A stretch of 64,000 nt of DNA from Octopus vulgaris (taxonomy: Eukaryota), in the NCBI GenBank assembly GCA_951406725.2, contig OX597815.1, forward strand, positions 175,212,001-175,276,000. The letters are read 5' to 3'. The notes under the pieces were generated by a model. It was given only the letters and a program-made list of their open reading frames with translations. It did not search any database and was not told the DNA's origin. Made by a program: the position numbers and the translations under genes. Positions 12,989-27,099 of this stretch are shown in pieces. Within the stretch, counting starts at the first letter, position 1, and each line of letters opens with the position of its first letter.

Positions 12989-14035
12989 TCATCATCATCA
13001 TTGTTTTACGTTTGTTTTCCGTGCTAGCACAGGTTGGATGGTTCAATCGGGGTCTGAGAAGCCAGGAGACTGCACCAGGCTCCAGTCTGGTCAGGCAGTG
13101 TTTCTACAGCTGGATGCCCTTCCTAACGCCAACCACTCTGAGTGTAGTGGGTGCTTTTTATGTGCCACCGGCACAGGTGCCAGAAGAGGCTGGCAGCGGC
13201 CGCAATCGGATGGTGCTTTTTACGTGCCACTGGCACAGAAGCCAGTTAAGGTGGTGCTGGCATCGGCCACGTTCGGATGGTACTTTTTACGTGTCACCGG
13301 CATAGGTATCACAACTACAATTTCCATTTGATATTTATTTTGATGTTTATGTACTTGACTCAATAGGTCTCCTCAAGCACAGCAGGTCACCCTATGATTC
13401 AAGGTAAGAACAGCTGGTCGTTCTGCAATCCAAGGTACTTTGGATGGGCTAGGGCTATGTGAAACTGGTGCAGGAAACAGCCATGAACTCACATTATTTA
13501 TTGGGTCTTTGCAGTCACAGCATATCTCTAGAGATCTCGGTCTTTCGTCATTGCCTCTGTGAAGCCCAACGTTTGAAGGTCATTCTTGACCACCTCATCC
13601 CATGTCTTCCTGGGTCTACCTCTACCCTGGATTCCTTCAACTGTTTGGGAGTGGCACTTCTTCACACATCTCTCCTCATCCATCCGTAGTACATGACCAT
13701 ACCAGCACAAATGTCTCTCTTGCACACCACATCCGATGCTTCTTATGTCCAACATTTCTCTCAGGGCGCTTACACTCTGTCGTGTGTGCACATTGACATC
13801 ATACATCCAGCAGTTCATGCTAGCTTCATTTCTTTCAAGCCTACGCATGTCTTCAGCAGTCACAGCCCATGTTTCACTACTGTGAAGCATGGCAGTCTGC
13901 ACACATGCATCATACAATCTACCTTTCACTCTGAGCAAGGGACCCTTTGTCAATAGTAGGGGTAGAAGCTTTCTAAACTTTGCCCAGGCTATTCGTATTC
14001 TGGTGGTGACACTCTCTGAGCATCCACCTCCACTA
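12989..14035 (-). mobile_element. 5'-truncated RTE LINE
   Basis: The portion of ORF 13528-14355 from GGGCSESVTTRIRIAWAKF to RGRPRKTW, plus 3'UTR and (CAT)n. Confidence 0.92.
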
Positions 14036-14241
14036 CTAACTATAATATATACATGCACACGCGTAATTTTGTTTTGTTTACAATGGAGCAAGACAAAGTT
14101 ATATACAAAAATACAATTACTTTGATAGATACACATTTGAAAATAGATTTGTTTCATTGGTATTTCGAGTAATGGGCTTTTCAATAACTGGTTGCATGAA
14201 ATAACAAATTGTGGTTTAAAATCATTTATGTGTGTATATAT

Positions 14242-14313
<72 letters not shown>

Positions 14314-14496
14314 ATGTATATATATATATATATATAAAATTAGAAAAAAAACCACCTTTTATCAATTCAAAATGAAAAATTAAATTACACCATCTAGAAA
14401 ATTACATATAATAGAAAGATTAAATATAAGATAAAAAATATAACGATGATTAAGTAATGTGCAAAATAATAAATAAAACGTATATATTTGGTAGAA

Positions 14497-14600
14497 TACC
14501 GACACGTGTTTCGTGGCTATATTTAAGTAATGATTATAGTAAAAATATTAGTAGTAGTAGTAAAATCACTTTTATATAAATATAGTCACTCATCAGGTTA
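14497..14600 (-). ncRNA. Hammerhead ribozyme motif of a second family, within a probable Penelope-like terminal remnant (about 14337-14640)
   Basis: Minus strand reads UAAC-CUGAUGA-GUGACUAUAUUUA...UAAAUAUAGCCAC-GAAA-C-ACGU-GUC-GGUA. Stem II is 12 of 13 bp, stem III is palindromic, triplet is GUC, stem I has one mismatch. Confidence 0.65.
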
Positions 14601-15239
14601 AAGATAACTACAATAATAAAATAATTAATTTACGTAAATAATCTTTTAAAAAATAGATGTATTCTTTAAAATTAATATTTTATATTAAAAAAAAAACAAA
14701 CAAACAAAAACCATATTAATTGTTTGGGTGTCATTGATGCCTCTTATCTTAATTACGTTTTTTTCTTTTAGAACATTCTATTTTTGCTCTTAAATTATCT
14801 CTAGAAAATGGAAAGTATGTTAATATTTTATTTGAAATCCATCTAAACTCAGTACTTTGCTACATATATAATTTTTATTCAGTAAATCAAATATCTGAAA
14901 TACTTAGGCGAGGAACAATATTTTTTAAGCGAAAAAAAAAAAAATGTTAAATTAATTACGCTTACAGATTATTGAATTAACATGCCATTGTCGAACAAAT
15001 GACGGAGAATTTGGTAGAAATAGCAGTAAAACTATCTGAAACCATATCTTATCATCTTAAAACATAAAAGTTTCCAGTTGTAACGCCTCAGGTTTCTAGG
15101 GTGAGCTGTGGGGTGTGTTTGCTTATACCAATAATCACTTCATAATTTTTCAGACTTTTAGGCCAGTCAAAAAAAGAACAACAAAAAAATAATAACAACT
15201 ATTCCATCAGATGCAGAATTTAGGGAAATGAAATTGGAC

Positions 15240-15720
15240 AAGTCACGTAATTAAACTTTACACAAAAATCAAGACATCAGTTGCAAAACTTTTGCCAACG
15301 TGGAAACAACGTCATGCGAAGCACGTGCGGTGAAAATAAAACAAAATGTTTTATGGCAGATAAAATAACTTTTATTATCAAATCTCAGCCATGTACCTCT
15401 TTTCAAAGAGCCCCAAATGTACAAATGTAAAAATTTGAGATTTTAAGTTTAAGGAAAACTTCTGCAGTCAACGTCAAGAAATCTGTGGAAAAAAAAAAAT
15501 AATAATGCAGCGGAAGTGACATCACTCCGGACACGTCTCGCTTTCTCTAACTTTTTTGGAGTGTGTGTCAGATTTCAACCAATCGCAGACAGCCATAAAC
15601 ATCACGTGAGGTCAGTCTCAAGTTGACACTCACCCTTCTCCCTCCCTCTCTCCTCCTCCTCTGCTTCTGTTTATTTTCCCTCTCTTTATGTTTTTACGCG
15701 GGTTTCGTCTCCTCTCACTC
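15240..15720 (+). promoter_or_regulatory. Putative PERK promoter
   Basis: Locally CpG-rich and repeat-free. Seven ACGT cores, ETS/CRE-like CGGAAGTGACATCA (15511-15524), CCAAT (15579), TCACGTGA (15602-15609), then a pyrimidine-rich tract. TSS not determinable from sequence. Confidence 0.6.
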
Positions 15721-16279
15721 CTCTCCTTAATTCTATTTCGTCATTAAACGAGCTTCATTCCGTGCACTTTGTTGCATCGAGATTCATCAATTTAGCAATT
15801 CATAGATTTTAACGTTGGTCTCGGCTGTCGTGACCGACAAATATATTATATTGATAGTTTTTTTTAATGCACTTCTTGTCATTATTTGCATTTTTCACCG
15901 TGTAATTTCAACCGAGGTGGAATTAGTAAAGGACGTGATTAAGGTGGAGAGAGAGAAACAAAAGAAAACGGATATATCGGAAGATTGTTGTAGGTAACGT
16001 GATAAGCAGACTGAATCATGTAAAATTATTATCAAAACAGCTCATGTAAGCTATACGAATTGTAAAAGAAAATTAACGGATGCTATTGTTTGTCATAAAC
16101 TTTTAAATCCGGAGTTGAAACAAGTTACGAAATCGACCGACACAGTTTTTAGTGTGACGAAAGAACAAAATCCAAATAGGACATGGATGAGTTTAGAGTT
16201 TAAAGCAGGTAAACCAGAATAAGAGCATCCGTGGACGACTAGGCTAGTATTTTCTGACCAAGATTATGTACGAGTCTTA

Positions 16280-16491
16280 ATGGGTGGTTACAAACCATCC
16301 CGTGGTCGGTTTTCGGGCTTTTCATTAGCAGCACCAACAATAATAAACATAACATGCCTTTATTTTGTTTTCATCACGTTTTGTTTCTGTTACGGAACCC
16401 TGAAACCCAATTCACACGACGATCCTAATGCATATCAACAAACCCAGTCATGTCCCTGGATACGGTACCTTTCCAGTAATCAAGACAAAAC
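16280..16491 (+). CDS. EIF2AK3: PERK exon 1 (start codon and signal-peptide-like segment)
   Basis: ATG, hydrophobic IINITCLYFVFITFCFCYG, donor GTAAGT in phase 2 matching exon 2. Confidence 0.75.
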
Positions 16492-18087
16492 GTAAGTAAA
16501 TTAGAAACAAAAAAAACAAAAAAACATTTGGCATATCTTCTAATTAATCTTCTAATTAATGACGTTGTTGTTAGTCTTTACGACAAGACAATCAATAAGC
16601 TCGAAATGTTTTTTTCCTTCTGAGTTCTCATAATATTTACGATGTGTTTAATTTCTATATAACAAGTTATAAATTACTTTACCCTCGCATCCTCCTCGTG
16701 TTAATTTTATCGAAATAAAATTACGATTCTGTAATAAATTTTTTCCTGAAAACTTTATTAAGGGCCATAACATCTCTATAGTATCTGTTGATATGCTTTA
16801 TTAAGGTTCTCTTTTTTTTTTTTGCTATCAAAGTAAATAAAAAAAAGAAAAGAAACATTTCAAGTGTTTGAGCAGGCTAAGTCCACCTTGTTTTTACTGC
16901 CCCACTCCGACTATTTTCCGTAACTTTTAAATATTGTATGTCGGCCTCGATCCCCAAATATAATTAATATCTTATTCGACACATCCACCTGGAATTTCCG
17001 AAGATAGCTTAGTGAGTAGATTTCGAACATGTTCAAATTTTATACACACGCATCGATGTTGTCACAAAATTAGGAAGAGGACATTTTGTAAGACCTCCTC
17101 CAAAATATTTACATCTGTACTTTAGGAGAGAGTTCATTGATTATTTGCTTTCTGAATGAGTATAAAAATATTTTCAAAAATTCATCAGTATTATCCTATT
17201 CTACACGTTCAAAATACATTTCTCCGCAAAATTTCTTGAAAAATATGCATTAAAAAAATTACATGGATACAAAAAAAGGGTAAAAATTTACCCCCAAAAC
17301 TTGTTACACTTAAATGGCTTTCTTTTACAACTAATTGATTTTATAAACATTTAAAATATTAAAGAGGTCAGATTGGACTTTTCGTCATAGCTTTAAACAG
17401 AAGAAAGAAAGTATTATTAAAAACGATTTAATTTTAGACTTGAATTTGGTGACTTATTATCAAATGAATTATTCTAACGCGAGCATTTCATAAGGATTGA
17501 GTAAATTTATAAAGCACTGAATACGTTGTGAATTGGGGTTATGTAATGACATTCTATTAACAATCTAGTCGTCTCTAGAAGACGATTTCATTAATCATGT
17601 ACACGTTGATAAATTAATGGAAATTATCAGAAAAAAATAAAATTAAAGAATCAACATTAAATATGTGTGTGTGTGAGAGAAAGAGAGAGAGAGAACTGTA
17701 TGAGGTGCACAGAAAGTATATTTGGCCTAAATACGGTTTATACATGTCATCAGTTGTTTGTTTACATTAATGTATTAAAACTAATGGATCGCCAACTGGT
17801 ATTTGAATAAGAGTGAAAATGAAACGTATTGATTTTGATTAACTCTTCAGTTACTCTCTAAAAGTGTTTTCATATCTCTGAATATAAAATCTAAAATTAT
17901 AAAAATTCTAAATCTACTATAAATTCGAAAGAAAGAAGGTTGAACTGCAGTTTTTACTCCTATCTGTCTTTGTATAAATGTAAGAGTTAATGAGAAAGAA
18001 GGATGAATATGACCCACCCCCACTGCCCCAATCTCTTCTGCATCTCTGTCTTCCCCAACGTTGGATTCGGACTATATATATATATAA

Positions 18088-18300
18088 AGGGGTAAAGACC
18101 CCCTTCGGTCATGAATGACCATGGGATTGCACCTAGAAAGTTACCCTCCTAGACACAAGTCCGGGCAAGGTTGTTTATGGAAGACCAGCAGTCGCCCATG
18201 CATACCAGCCTCCCCTCTCCACGCCACCAGTGTTATCCAAGGGAAAGACAAAGGTCGATACAGCTTGGTACCAGTGACGTCGCAACTCATTTCTACAGCT
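18088..18300. repeat. Interspersed repeat (probable SINE 3' portion) flanked by (TA)n
   Basis: GC-richer block bounded by TA runs. Its end (tcatttctacagct) resembles the SINE segment at about 50990. Confidence 0.4.
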
Positions 18301-18504
18301 ATATATATATATATAGCCCTCGTGCCGGTGGCACGTAAAAAGCACCCACTACACTCTCGGAGTGGTTGGCGTTTAAGGGCATCCAGCTGTAGAAACTTTG
18401 CCAGATCAGATTGGAGCCTGGTGCAGCCTTCTGGTTTGCTAGCCCTCAGTCAAATGACGATAATGATGATGATATATTTATATATGTATATCTATAGATA
18501 TGTA

Positions 18505-18539
<35 letters not shown>

Positions 18540-19750
18540 GGTCAACTGAGAAGTTCAAAAGTTGATAAAGATGAAGTTTTATTTTTCAGCATAGTCCCCC
18601 ATGTGGTCCACACGTTTCTTCCATCAGTGTTGCTGTTCTTGGATCCCATTGGTGAAGAAGCTCTCATCCTGTTGGTCAAAAAGTCATCAACAGCAGATAT
18701 GACATCTTCACTATAATACTGGTTCCCAGCCAAGAGTTTTTTCATACTGGGGAATAGATGATAGATGGGTCAAATAAGGAGGGTGATTAACCCATTCAAA
18801 ACCACAGTCACACACAGCAGCCATTGAAACCAAGGACTTGTGTACTGGAACATTGTCCTGATAAAACAAGACCCCTTTCATTAGTTTCCCTGGGCATTTG
18901 GTCTTCATAGCCTTTCTTAAGTCTCAGCAAGTTGGCATAGTACTCTCCATTGGTAGTATGGCTCTTTTGAAGGTAGTCTGTAAATACAATGCTTTTTGCA
19001 TTCTAAACACTGAGACTATCACCTTCCCTGGAGATGAAATGACCTTGGCCTTCTATGGAGTAAGTGATGAGAGGTGTTTCCACTACATGGATTGTCTCTT
19101 TGTTTCTGGCTCAAAGATATGAAACTAACACTCGTCCTGGCTTAGGAAATGTTCATGGAAACGTGCTGGATCAGCCTGGTGCACTTTTGATCAGGTGTGA
19201 GAAGACAGGGCATCCACTGAGCAGAAACCTTCATTATGCCAAGTTCATTGTGCAGAATACTCTCAACTCTCTCACAAGTTATGCTAATAATATTGGCTGC
19301 TATTTGATTACTAGTCAATCTCTTGTCATCCATCAGCATGTGGTGAATACAGTCAACGTTTCCCTTGTTGGTGGCAGTTGCAGGACAGCCAGACCTTGGG
19401 TCATCTTTAAGATTCTCCCTTCTCCTCCTAAATTTACCTATCCTTTATTGCACTGTTGATAAAGCTGGAGTGTCATCACATAATGTAGTGACGGTGTCAG
19501 TATGAATATTGTTGGGGGCTAAACTCATTTTCTGCAGATACTTGGTACCACAATGTCAAATTTTGTCCATTTTCAAGAGAAGCCACTGTTAGTTACTTTT
19601 AAAGTCTTTGAACAGTCAGATGTCAGTTTACCAGGAAAGAAACAATGCAGTTATTAATAAGAATGGTTGAAATTAATGTATGCAAAATTTCATAGCTCTA
19701 GCATCACTTCTTCCTAGTCAACCTATGAACTTTTCAGCCCACCCTCATGT
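18540..19750 (-). mobile_element. Second mariner relic
   Basis: Motifs ILHNELGIMKVSAQWMPCLLT, VLFYQDNVPVH, HPPY. TIR-like gagggtgggctgaaaagttc at the right end. Confidence 0.88.
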
Positions 19751-19984
19751 TTATATGTGTGTATGTACTTACATCTGTCTGTCTGTCTGTCAGTGTTTTA
19801 TTTCAAGATTTGCCAATAGAGAAAAAGCTGGTTTCTAACCTACATCCATGGCCCCTTCATTGGAATTTCAACAACATCAACGGTAATTTTGAATGCATGT
19901 ATGTATATGTGTAGATTTGTATGTTTTGTTTTATGTGTGTCTTCTCATACATATACTTGCATATCTAGACATGCTCATATATAC

Positions 19985-22330
19985 TTAAATGATAAACGTC
20001 TGGAAAGATTTACAGATTTTTACAGTTCCAGTGATGGATTGAATCTGTAGTCTCTGAATTAGCTTTCTCCCTTCTGGTTTTGAGAAGCCTAATTTCTCAA
20101 GATTGGTATTTAGGCAGTCTGTTACATATCTCAGAACCCCAGTAATTACAGGTATAAACCTGAACTTGTAATCTGGGTAGAGTAATTGTAGATTTCTCAA
20201 TAGTTTAGCATAGGTATTTTCTTTTTCCCTGATCTTCAGCTTTATGTTAGCATTCCGCTGGGCAGCTAATTTCCACAACTGTGCACAGTTTCTCTTCTCA
20301 ATCCCAAAGCATTGTGTCAGGTCTATTATGTTTACATTTTATTGAGGTTTTCACTGGGACATTCCACCAATACTCCTTTTTATTATGAGCGACTATGGTT
20401 TCCACCATACTGTGGGTTCTTATTTCTTTGCTCTTAGGGTTATCCTTTCAACGGATTTCATTATACAGTGTCCTAGCTACAACATCATGTCACATTGGTA
20501 GATAATACCTTGATGACATTTTTGGACAGCTGCTTATGATACAAGTGATATCTTTGGTGTGAACTCTGCATTGGTTGTCACATTTTACTGCTTTTCCTGT
20601 ATCTTTATCCCTTTTGTGTATCAGGTATTTGGTTGATATTTCCTGTTCCTGGATTGCAAATGCATACCCTTCAAAGTGGGAGCTAGGAATCTGGTTGTTG
20701 GTCCATGATAAACTGCTTTGATGATCGATGTTACTATCATCATGGAGCTTTCTAGTAACATATCCATGCATGGATTTCTGCTCATCCTTTCGTCTGATGA
20801 TATGTTGCGGTGGAGCTGTGCAACTTCTTTGGGCATGTATTTAAGGTTATCAGACAAGGAATGCTTAAGGAGCTGCCTTCCAAGTCTTATGATGTTATCA
20901 GACTCATGTCCACAAACTCGGTCAAGGTGTGCACTTCGACACTTGGTGGTTAAAAGATGTTGCCAAAGGGACATGATACAACATTCAAAGGCATTTTGGA
21001 TCAATGTTAAGCCTCTTCCACCCTGTTTTCGTTTTAGGTAGAGACGGTCTACATCCCTGTTTATGTGGAGATTATGTGTGTTAGTTAGTATCTTCCAGGT
21101 TTTCACATCAATGGCTTGGATCTCATCAAGCGGCTGCAAACACATTGTGGGCTACTGTTTTATTAAATGCAGAGAGTTCTGAGGTCCAAATTTTGTTTAT
21201 TCAACTGTAATATTCTTTAGTGACACATGTTTTGTTACAGGTGCCACTGTAAGATATATTTTCATCCACCCCGAGATACCTGTAACATTCCTCATCAGAT
21301 ACAAGGGAAACAGTCAAATCATGGATGGAGATGTTGCTGGTCTGGTTTATAGTTTTCCCCCATTTCACAACCATACAACAGCATTTATCCTGACCAAACT
21401 CTAACCCTACATCCTTTGAGAATGTTGTAACCAGGTGAAGGTTCTTTTTCATCTCATACAAATTCTTTGCATAAAGTTTCAAGTCATCCACAAAGAAGCA
21501 GTGTGTAATTTTGGTATTTCTGTCTCCTTGTGAACCAGTGAGATATCCTTCAGACCTCCTTAACATGAATGACAAGGGATTTACAGAAAGTATAAACAGC
21601 ATCACAGAAAGGAATATGCCTTTGCGATACTGTCTTCTATCGGTGATAATACAGTCACTGCCTATGTTTGATTTCAAGATGGTGGCCCACAATGAAGTCA
21701 GGTCAGCTATGCTCACTGGAACTTTAGCAAGTTAAAGGGTCTTCTAGCATCCATGAGCAGGGAACAAAGTCAAAGGCTTTCTTGTAGTCTAGCCATATTG
21801 AAACTAGGTTCCTCCTACGCTCTTGCACCTCCAACATCACAGTTTTGTTGATTAACAATTGCTCAGCACATCCCCAGACACCCTTCTTCCCTTCTTCTGC
21901 TTGTTCTGCTGTGATAATGGTATTGGCATCACAGTGGTCCTGGAGGATGTGTATATATCTTATAAATTAAGTTCTAGCATGCAATTGGCCAGTAGTTTTT
22001 TTTTTTGCTATGTGGTTGGTTCTGCATTTGGGGATCAGTTTTGTCTCTGCCAGAGTCAATCCATATGCTGTGCTACTGTTCGTAAAATTCCATTGTTTGT
22101 AGGTGTAATTTTTGCCTTAAATACACCTGTGTAGGCTCCAGATTGCTAGGTTTTGCAAACTGTATTCTGACCAATCAGTGTGTAGCATCACTCAATTACT
22201 TAAGCTGATTGGATTAGGCATCACACTTTGTTGAACATGTCAAGAGTCCTGTATCTTAACCCTGGCCAAGGTAGCAATTGTTGGGCTATTTTTAGAAATG
22301 TTGTAAATAGCCTTTGTCAGGGATTTCAAT
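19985..22330 (-). mobile_element. Decayed R4/Dong-like non-LTR retrotransposon (RT and restriction-like endonuclease)
   Basis: Motifs ITHCFFVDDLKLY, GLEFGQDKC, YRYLGV, DVDRLYLKRKQGGRGL, FAIQEQEISTKY, degenerate CCHC (IISSC), C-terminal KENTY...IPVITGVL. Confidence 0.85.
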
Positions 22331-22495
22331 TGTCAGCACCTTAATTATTGTTGCTAGTGGGGATGGTGGTGGCAATAGAACTTTTAACCCTAAATAAGAT
22401 AATTTTTCTGCTATCTTCATCTTGATCACCTTTAGTATTGTTGTTGTTAGTGGTCATGGTCGTAGCAGTAGAAGTAGTTCCTCTAAGTATTATTA

Positions 22496-23181
<686 letters not shown>

Positions 23182-23439
23182 AGAGTATTGCAGTTCGCTT
23201 GAAGCATTGTACATTGTAAAGAATAAAAAGTTTTGAATGGTATAACAATGGGCTATATACCTGTTGTAATTTAATCATCCATAGTCTGATACAATATTTC
23301 AGAATAATATTCCTTCTTCAGATATTCTTAGATGGAGTCGCTGCTATAATTGGTTTTCTAACGGCTTTTCTTATATAAATATATGTATATATATATGTTT
23401 ATATATATATATATATATATATGATGAAAATTGTACCAT

Positions 23440-25205
23440 ATTAGTTGGATCAGGTGATGAAAGTCATGGAGAAGGTCATAGCCCAACTAATTAGGGAGAG
23501 AGTTACTTTAGATGAGATGCAGTTTGGGTTTTGGCCAGGGAGAAGCATCACTGACATTATATTTCTGGTATGACAGCTGCAGGAGAAATTCCTAGTCAAA
23601 GATAAACCTCTGTACTTTTGTTGACATGGAGAAAGCCTTTGACTGGGTCCCCTAATTCCTTATCTGGTGGTCAATGTGGAAAGTAGGGATAGATGAGTGG
23701 TTGTTGAGAGCTTTACAAGCCATGTACAGGGATGCTATTAGTAAGGTGAGGGTTGGCAATGAGTATAGTGAAGAATTCTGGGTTCACCAAAGGATCGGTC
23801 CTCAGTCCCCTTTTGTTCATCATAGTCCTCCAGGTCATAACAGAGGGATTTAGGACAGGATGCCCCTGGGAGCTCCTCTATACTGATGACCTTGCTCTGA
23901 TAGCTGAGTCACTATCTGAAGTTTCAGGTGTGGAAGTAAGGACTAGAATTGAATGGCCTTAGAGTTACCCTAGCAAAAACCAAAGTCTTAATAAGTAGGA
24001 AAGCGGGCAAATCACAAATCCCTTTAGATAGATGGCCCTAATTGATCTGTAGAAAAGGCGTAGGTAGAAACTCCTCAAGATGTACTTGGTGTAAACTATG
24101 GACACACAAGAGGTGCTGCAATATCAAAGGAAGGTTAACTGGGAAGATAGCTTTTGTATGTGGCAGATGCACGGGTGCATTAAACACTGAAGATGTACAG
24201 AAAACAGATCACATGCCAGAGGGAAAGACTAGAAGTAGTTGATGGCTTCCATTTCCTATGTGACTAAGTCAGTAGTGGGGGTGGATGCTCTGAGAGCATA
24301 GCTACTAGAATAAGAATATCCTGGACAAAGTTCAGAGAGCTCTTACCTATGCTGGTATCAAAAAGCCTCTTGTTCAGATTGAAAGGTAAACTGTATGATG
24401 CCTATGTGTGGACAGCTATGCTACATGGCAGTGAAACATGGGCTGTGACTGCATAGGCTTGAAAGAAATGAAAGTAGTATGATCTGCTGGATGTGTAATA
24501 TCAGTATGCATACACGACAGTGTAAGTGCCCTGAGAGAAAAGTTGGGCATAAGAAGCATCAAATGTAGTGTGCAAGAGAGACAACTGCACTGGTATGGTT
24601 ATGTGTTGCATATGGATGGGGATAGCTATGTGAAGAAGTGTCACACCCTAATGCTGGAAGGAACCTGTGGAAGAGGTAGACCCAGGAAGACACGGGATAA
24701 GATGGTGATGCACGACCTTCGAATGCTGGGCCTCACAGTCAATGTCAAGTGACCGAGACCTTTGGAGATATGTTGTGCTTGAGACAACCCGGCAAGCCAA
24801 GTGAGATTGTAGTCATGGCCGATGCTTGTGTCTCATAACTGCCCTGTTTAAAAGCACCCTTCAATCATCAGGCAATATGCTGTGCTTGAGATGACCTGTT
24901 GAACCAAGTGAAATCGTAGTCGTGGCTGATGCTATTGCCACCTGACTGGCACCTGTGCCAGTGCTATCTGCCTGTCACCTGTGCCGGTGGCATATAAAAA
25001 GCACCATTCGAGCATGGCCGATGCCAGCGGCACATAAAAGCACCTAATACATTCTCAGAGTGGTTGGCGTTAGGAAGGGCATCCAGATGTAGAAACCTTG
25101 CCAAATCAGATTGGAGCCTGGTGAAACCTCCTGGCTTACCAATTCTCAGTTAAACCGTCCAAATCATGCCAGCATGGAAAGCAGACGTTAAACGATGATG
25201 ATGAT
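23440..25205 (+). mobile_element. 5'-truncated, decayed RTE LINE including the Cys/His finger
   Basis: RT motifs GSVLSPLLFIIVL and LYTDDLAL, finger CTWCKLWTHKRC...CGRC, 3'UTR and (GAT)n. Confidence 0.92.
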
Positions 25206-25755
25206 ATATATATATATATTCTTTTATGCATTTCAGCCCAAAGGCTGTGGCCATGCTGGGTCATTGCCAGTATTGTTGTCTTTTCAACAACCATTCTTTT
25301 GTGATTGGTGAAAGGGAGTTTGATATTGCTACTCTCTTTGGAATTCCTTGCCCTGGTGTAGGTTCATCTAGGTCCTTGAACAGCAGGAAGTCAAGTTGTT
25401 TCTTGAAAACATCTATCCTTACTTATTTTAGATCTCTCAGATGTTTTGACAAGATATTAAATAGCTCTGGGCCTTTGAATCCCAAGCTATTGCAGTTTAT
25501 AGTCTGCACTCTGGATGGATGGGTGGGACCTTTGGAACAGTGCAGTGACATCCAGTTGGGGTTTGGTATAACTCTTGACACCAGAGTTTCATACCAAACC
25601 CTTTGGGATCTTCCATTTTCACATCATTGCATATCTCTCCTGTCTTCGCTCCACGGAGTAGAGACATAACTTTTATATTTGAAAATTACTTTTTCAAATA
25701 ATTTTGGAAAGTTGTCAAGTTGTTTCACATATGAACATTTTTTTTTTCTTTCTAG

Positions 25756-25882
25756 TGTTTTCATTGTCAGCACATTAGATGGCAGAGTGCAGGCTTTTGA
25801 TGTGAAGAACAATGGAAAAGTTTTATGGAGTGTCCAAGCTAATTCTCAACCATTACTATCATCTAGTATCAGTAAGATAGAG
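25756..25882 (+). CDS. EIF2AK3: PERK exon 2 (luminal domain)
   Basis: VFIVSTLDGRVQAFDVKNNGKVLW...LLSSSISK, the PERK/IRE1 luminal STLDG motif. AG/GT boundaries, phase 2-0. Confidence 0.93.
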
Positions 25883-27099
25883 GTGAGATTAATTTTGATT
25901 TTTTAAATTTTAATTCCAATTTTTTTAAAGATAATTTTTTGCGTACATATTTATATATTTTGAGCTTTTGTAATGGAAACTCCTATTAGATTACTAATAT
26001 TCACTGCTACTACTACGGCAAAGATAAACCACTTACTAACGATAATTTTGATTTGATGATACATATGTTAAAGGTATATTTAGGAACATAAAGTTTATTT
26101 TTGTCTATAATTTTAAGAAACAAAGAAATAAATATAAAATGAGTGCTGTCAACTTAATTTTTTTTTTAGAAATAAAATAGTCAACTGTTTAGCTTTTTTT
26201 AGTGTATTTAAAAAAGTTATTTACTTATTTAACATTATGGGCAAGTATCATTCTTCATCATATTGTTGGCTCAATTAATGCCTTCACAGTGAAATTAGCT
26301 AGAAAGAAATATTCTTGGACAGAACACAATCCATTGACTGGTTTAATAACATTCACTGGTTGCACTCCATTACAACTCTTCAGATCAAGTCTCCGATTTG
26401 AGAGTAATTGTCCTTCTCCAGTCTTAGAAACCTTGAAAGGGATCATGGCAACCCTTCCCCTGAAAAAAGATAGATCCACTGATAGGATTTGAACTGTAAT
26501 TCTATTAGTTGCCACAAGACCATTGTTACCAATTGCAGAGCATTTGTCAGTCTCTCTTCCAAATCTATTTTTTTCATGCTTTTTAATGTATCGTTAGAAA
26601 TCGTAACTGTTTTTATCTCCACAGGCTAAATTATCTTGTCAGTTACTTAGTAAAGTAGGACAAGTTAAGCTTCATTTGTAAATGATATACATTGCTGAAA
26701 TAAACATTGAAGATGCTTTGCCATGAGCAGAAACTTCAGGATTACTTGAAGTTCTTTCTCTTGGTGGAGAACAGAGTATTCATGTTGTTGGCAACCCCTC
26801 TGCATTTTCAGCTGGTATCTGAGAGTGACAAGTATTTTGTACCTTCGCCTGTTAAGGCCAGTGACGACTTCAACGGGGAGTCAGAAAGTAATGCAGTTTT
26901 TACTTGCATTACCTTTTGATTTTCCCTCCTTTATATGAGAGCGAGTCAAAAAGTAACACAAATAAAAATTGCATTTCATCACCCTTGTGAATTAGCCTTC
27001 CTCTGCAGAAAGGTTCCATTTATAGTCTCTTGCCAGCCACCACTTCAGCTGCCCCCAGCCTGCTTGGCTATCTTCCTTGGGGCTTTTTTCAGTTGTTAG

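Noticed and set aside
15815-15997. 60-aa ORF with a hydrophobic stretch upstream of PERK
   Set aside because: Starts at TTG, has no recognisable homology, and is probably 5'UTR.
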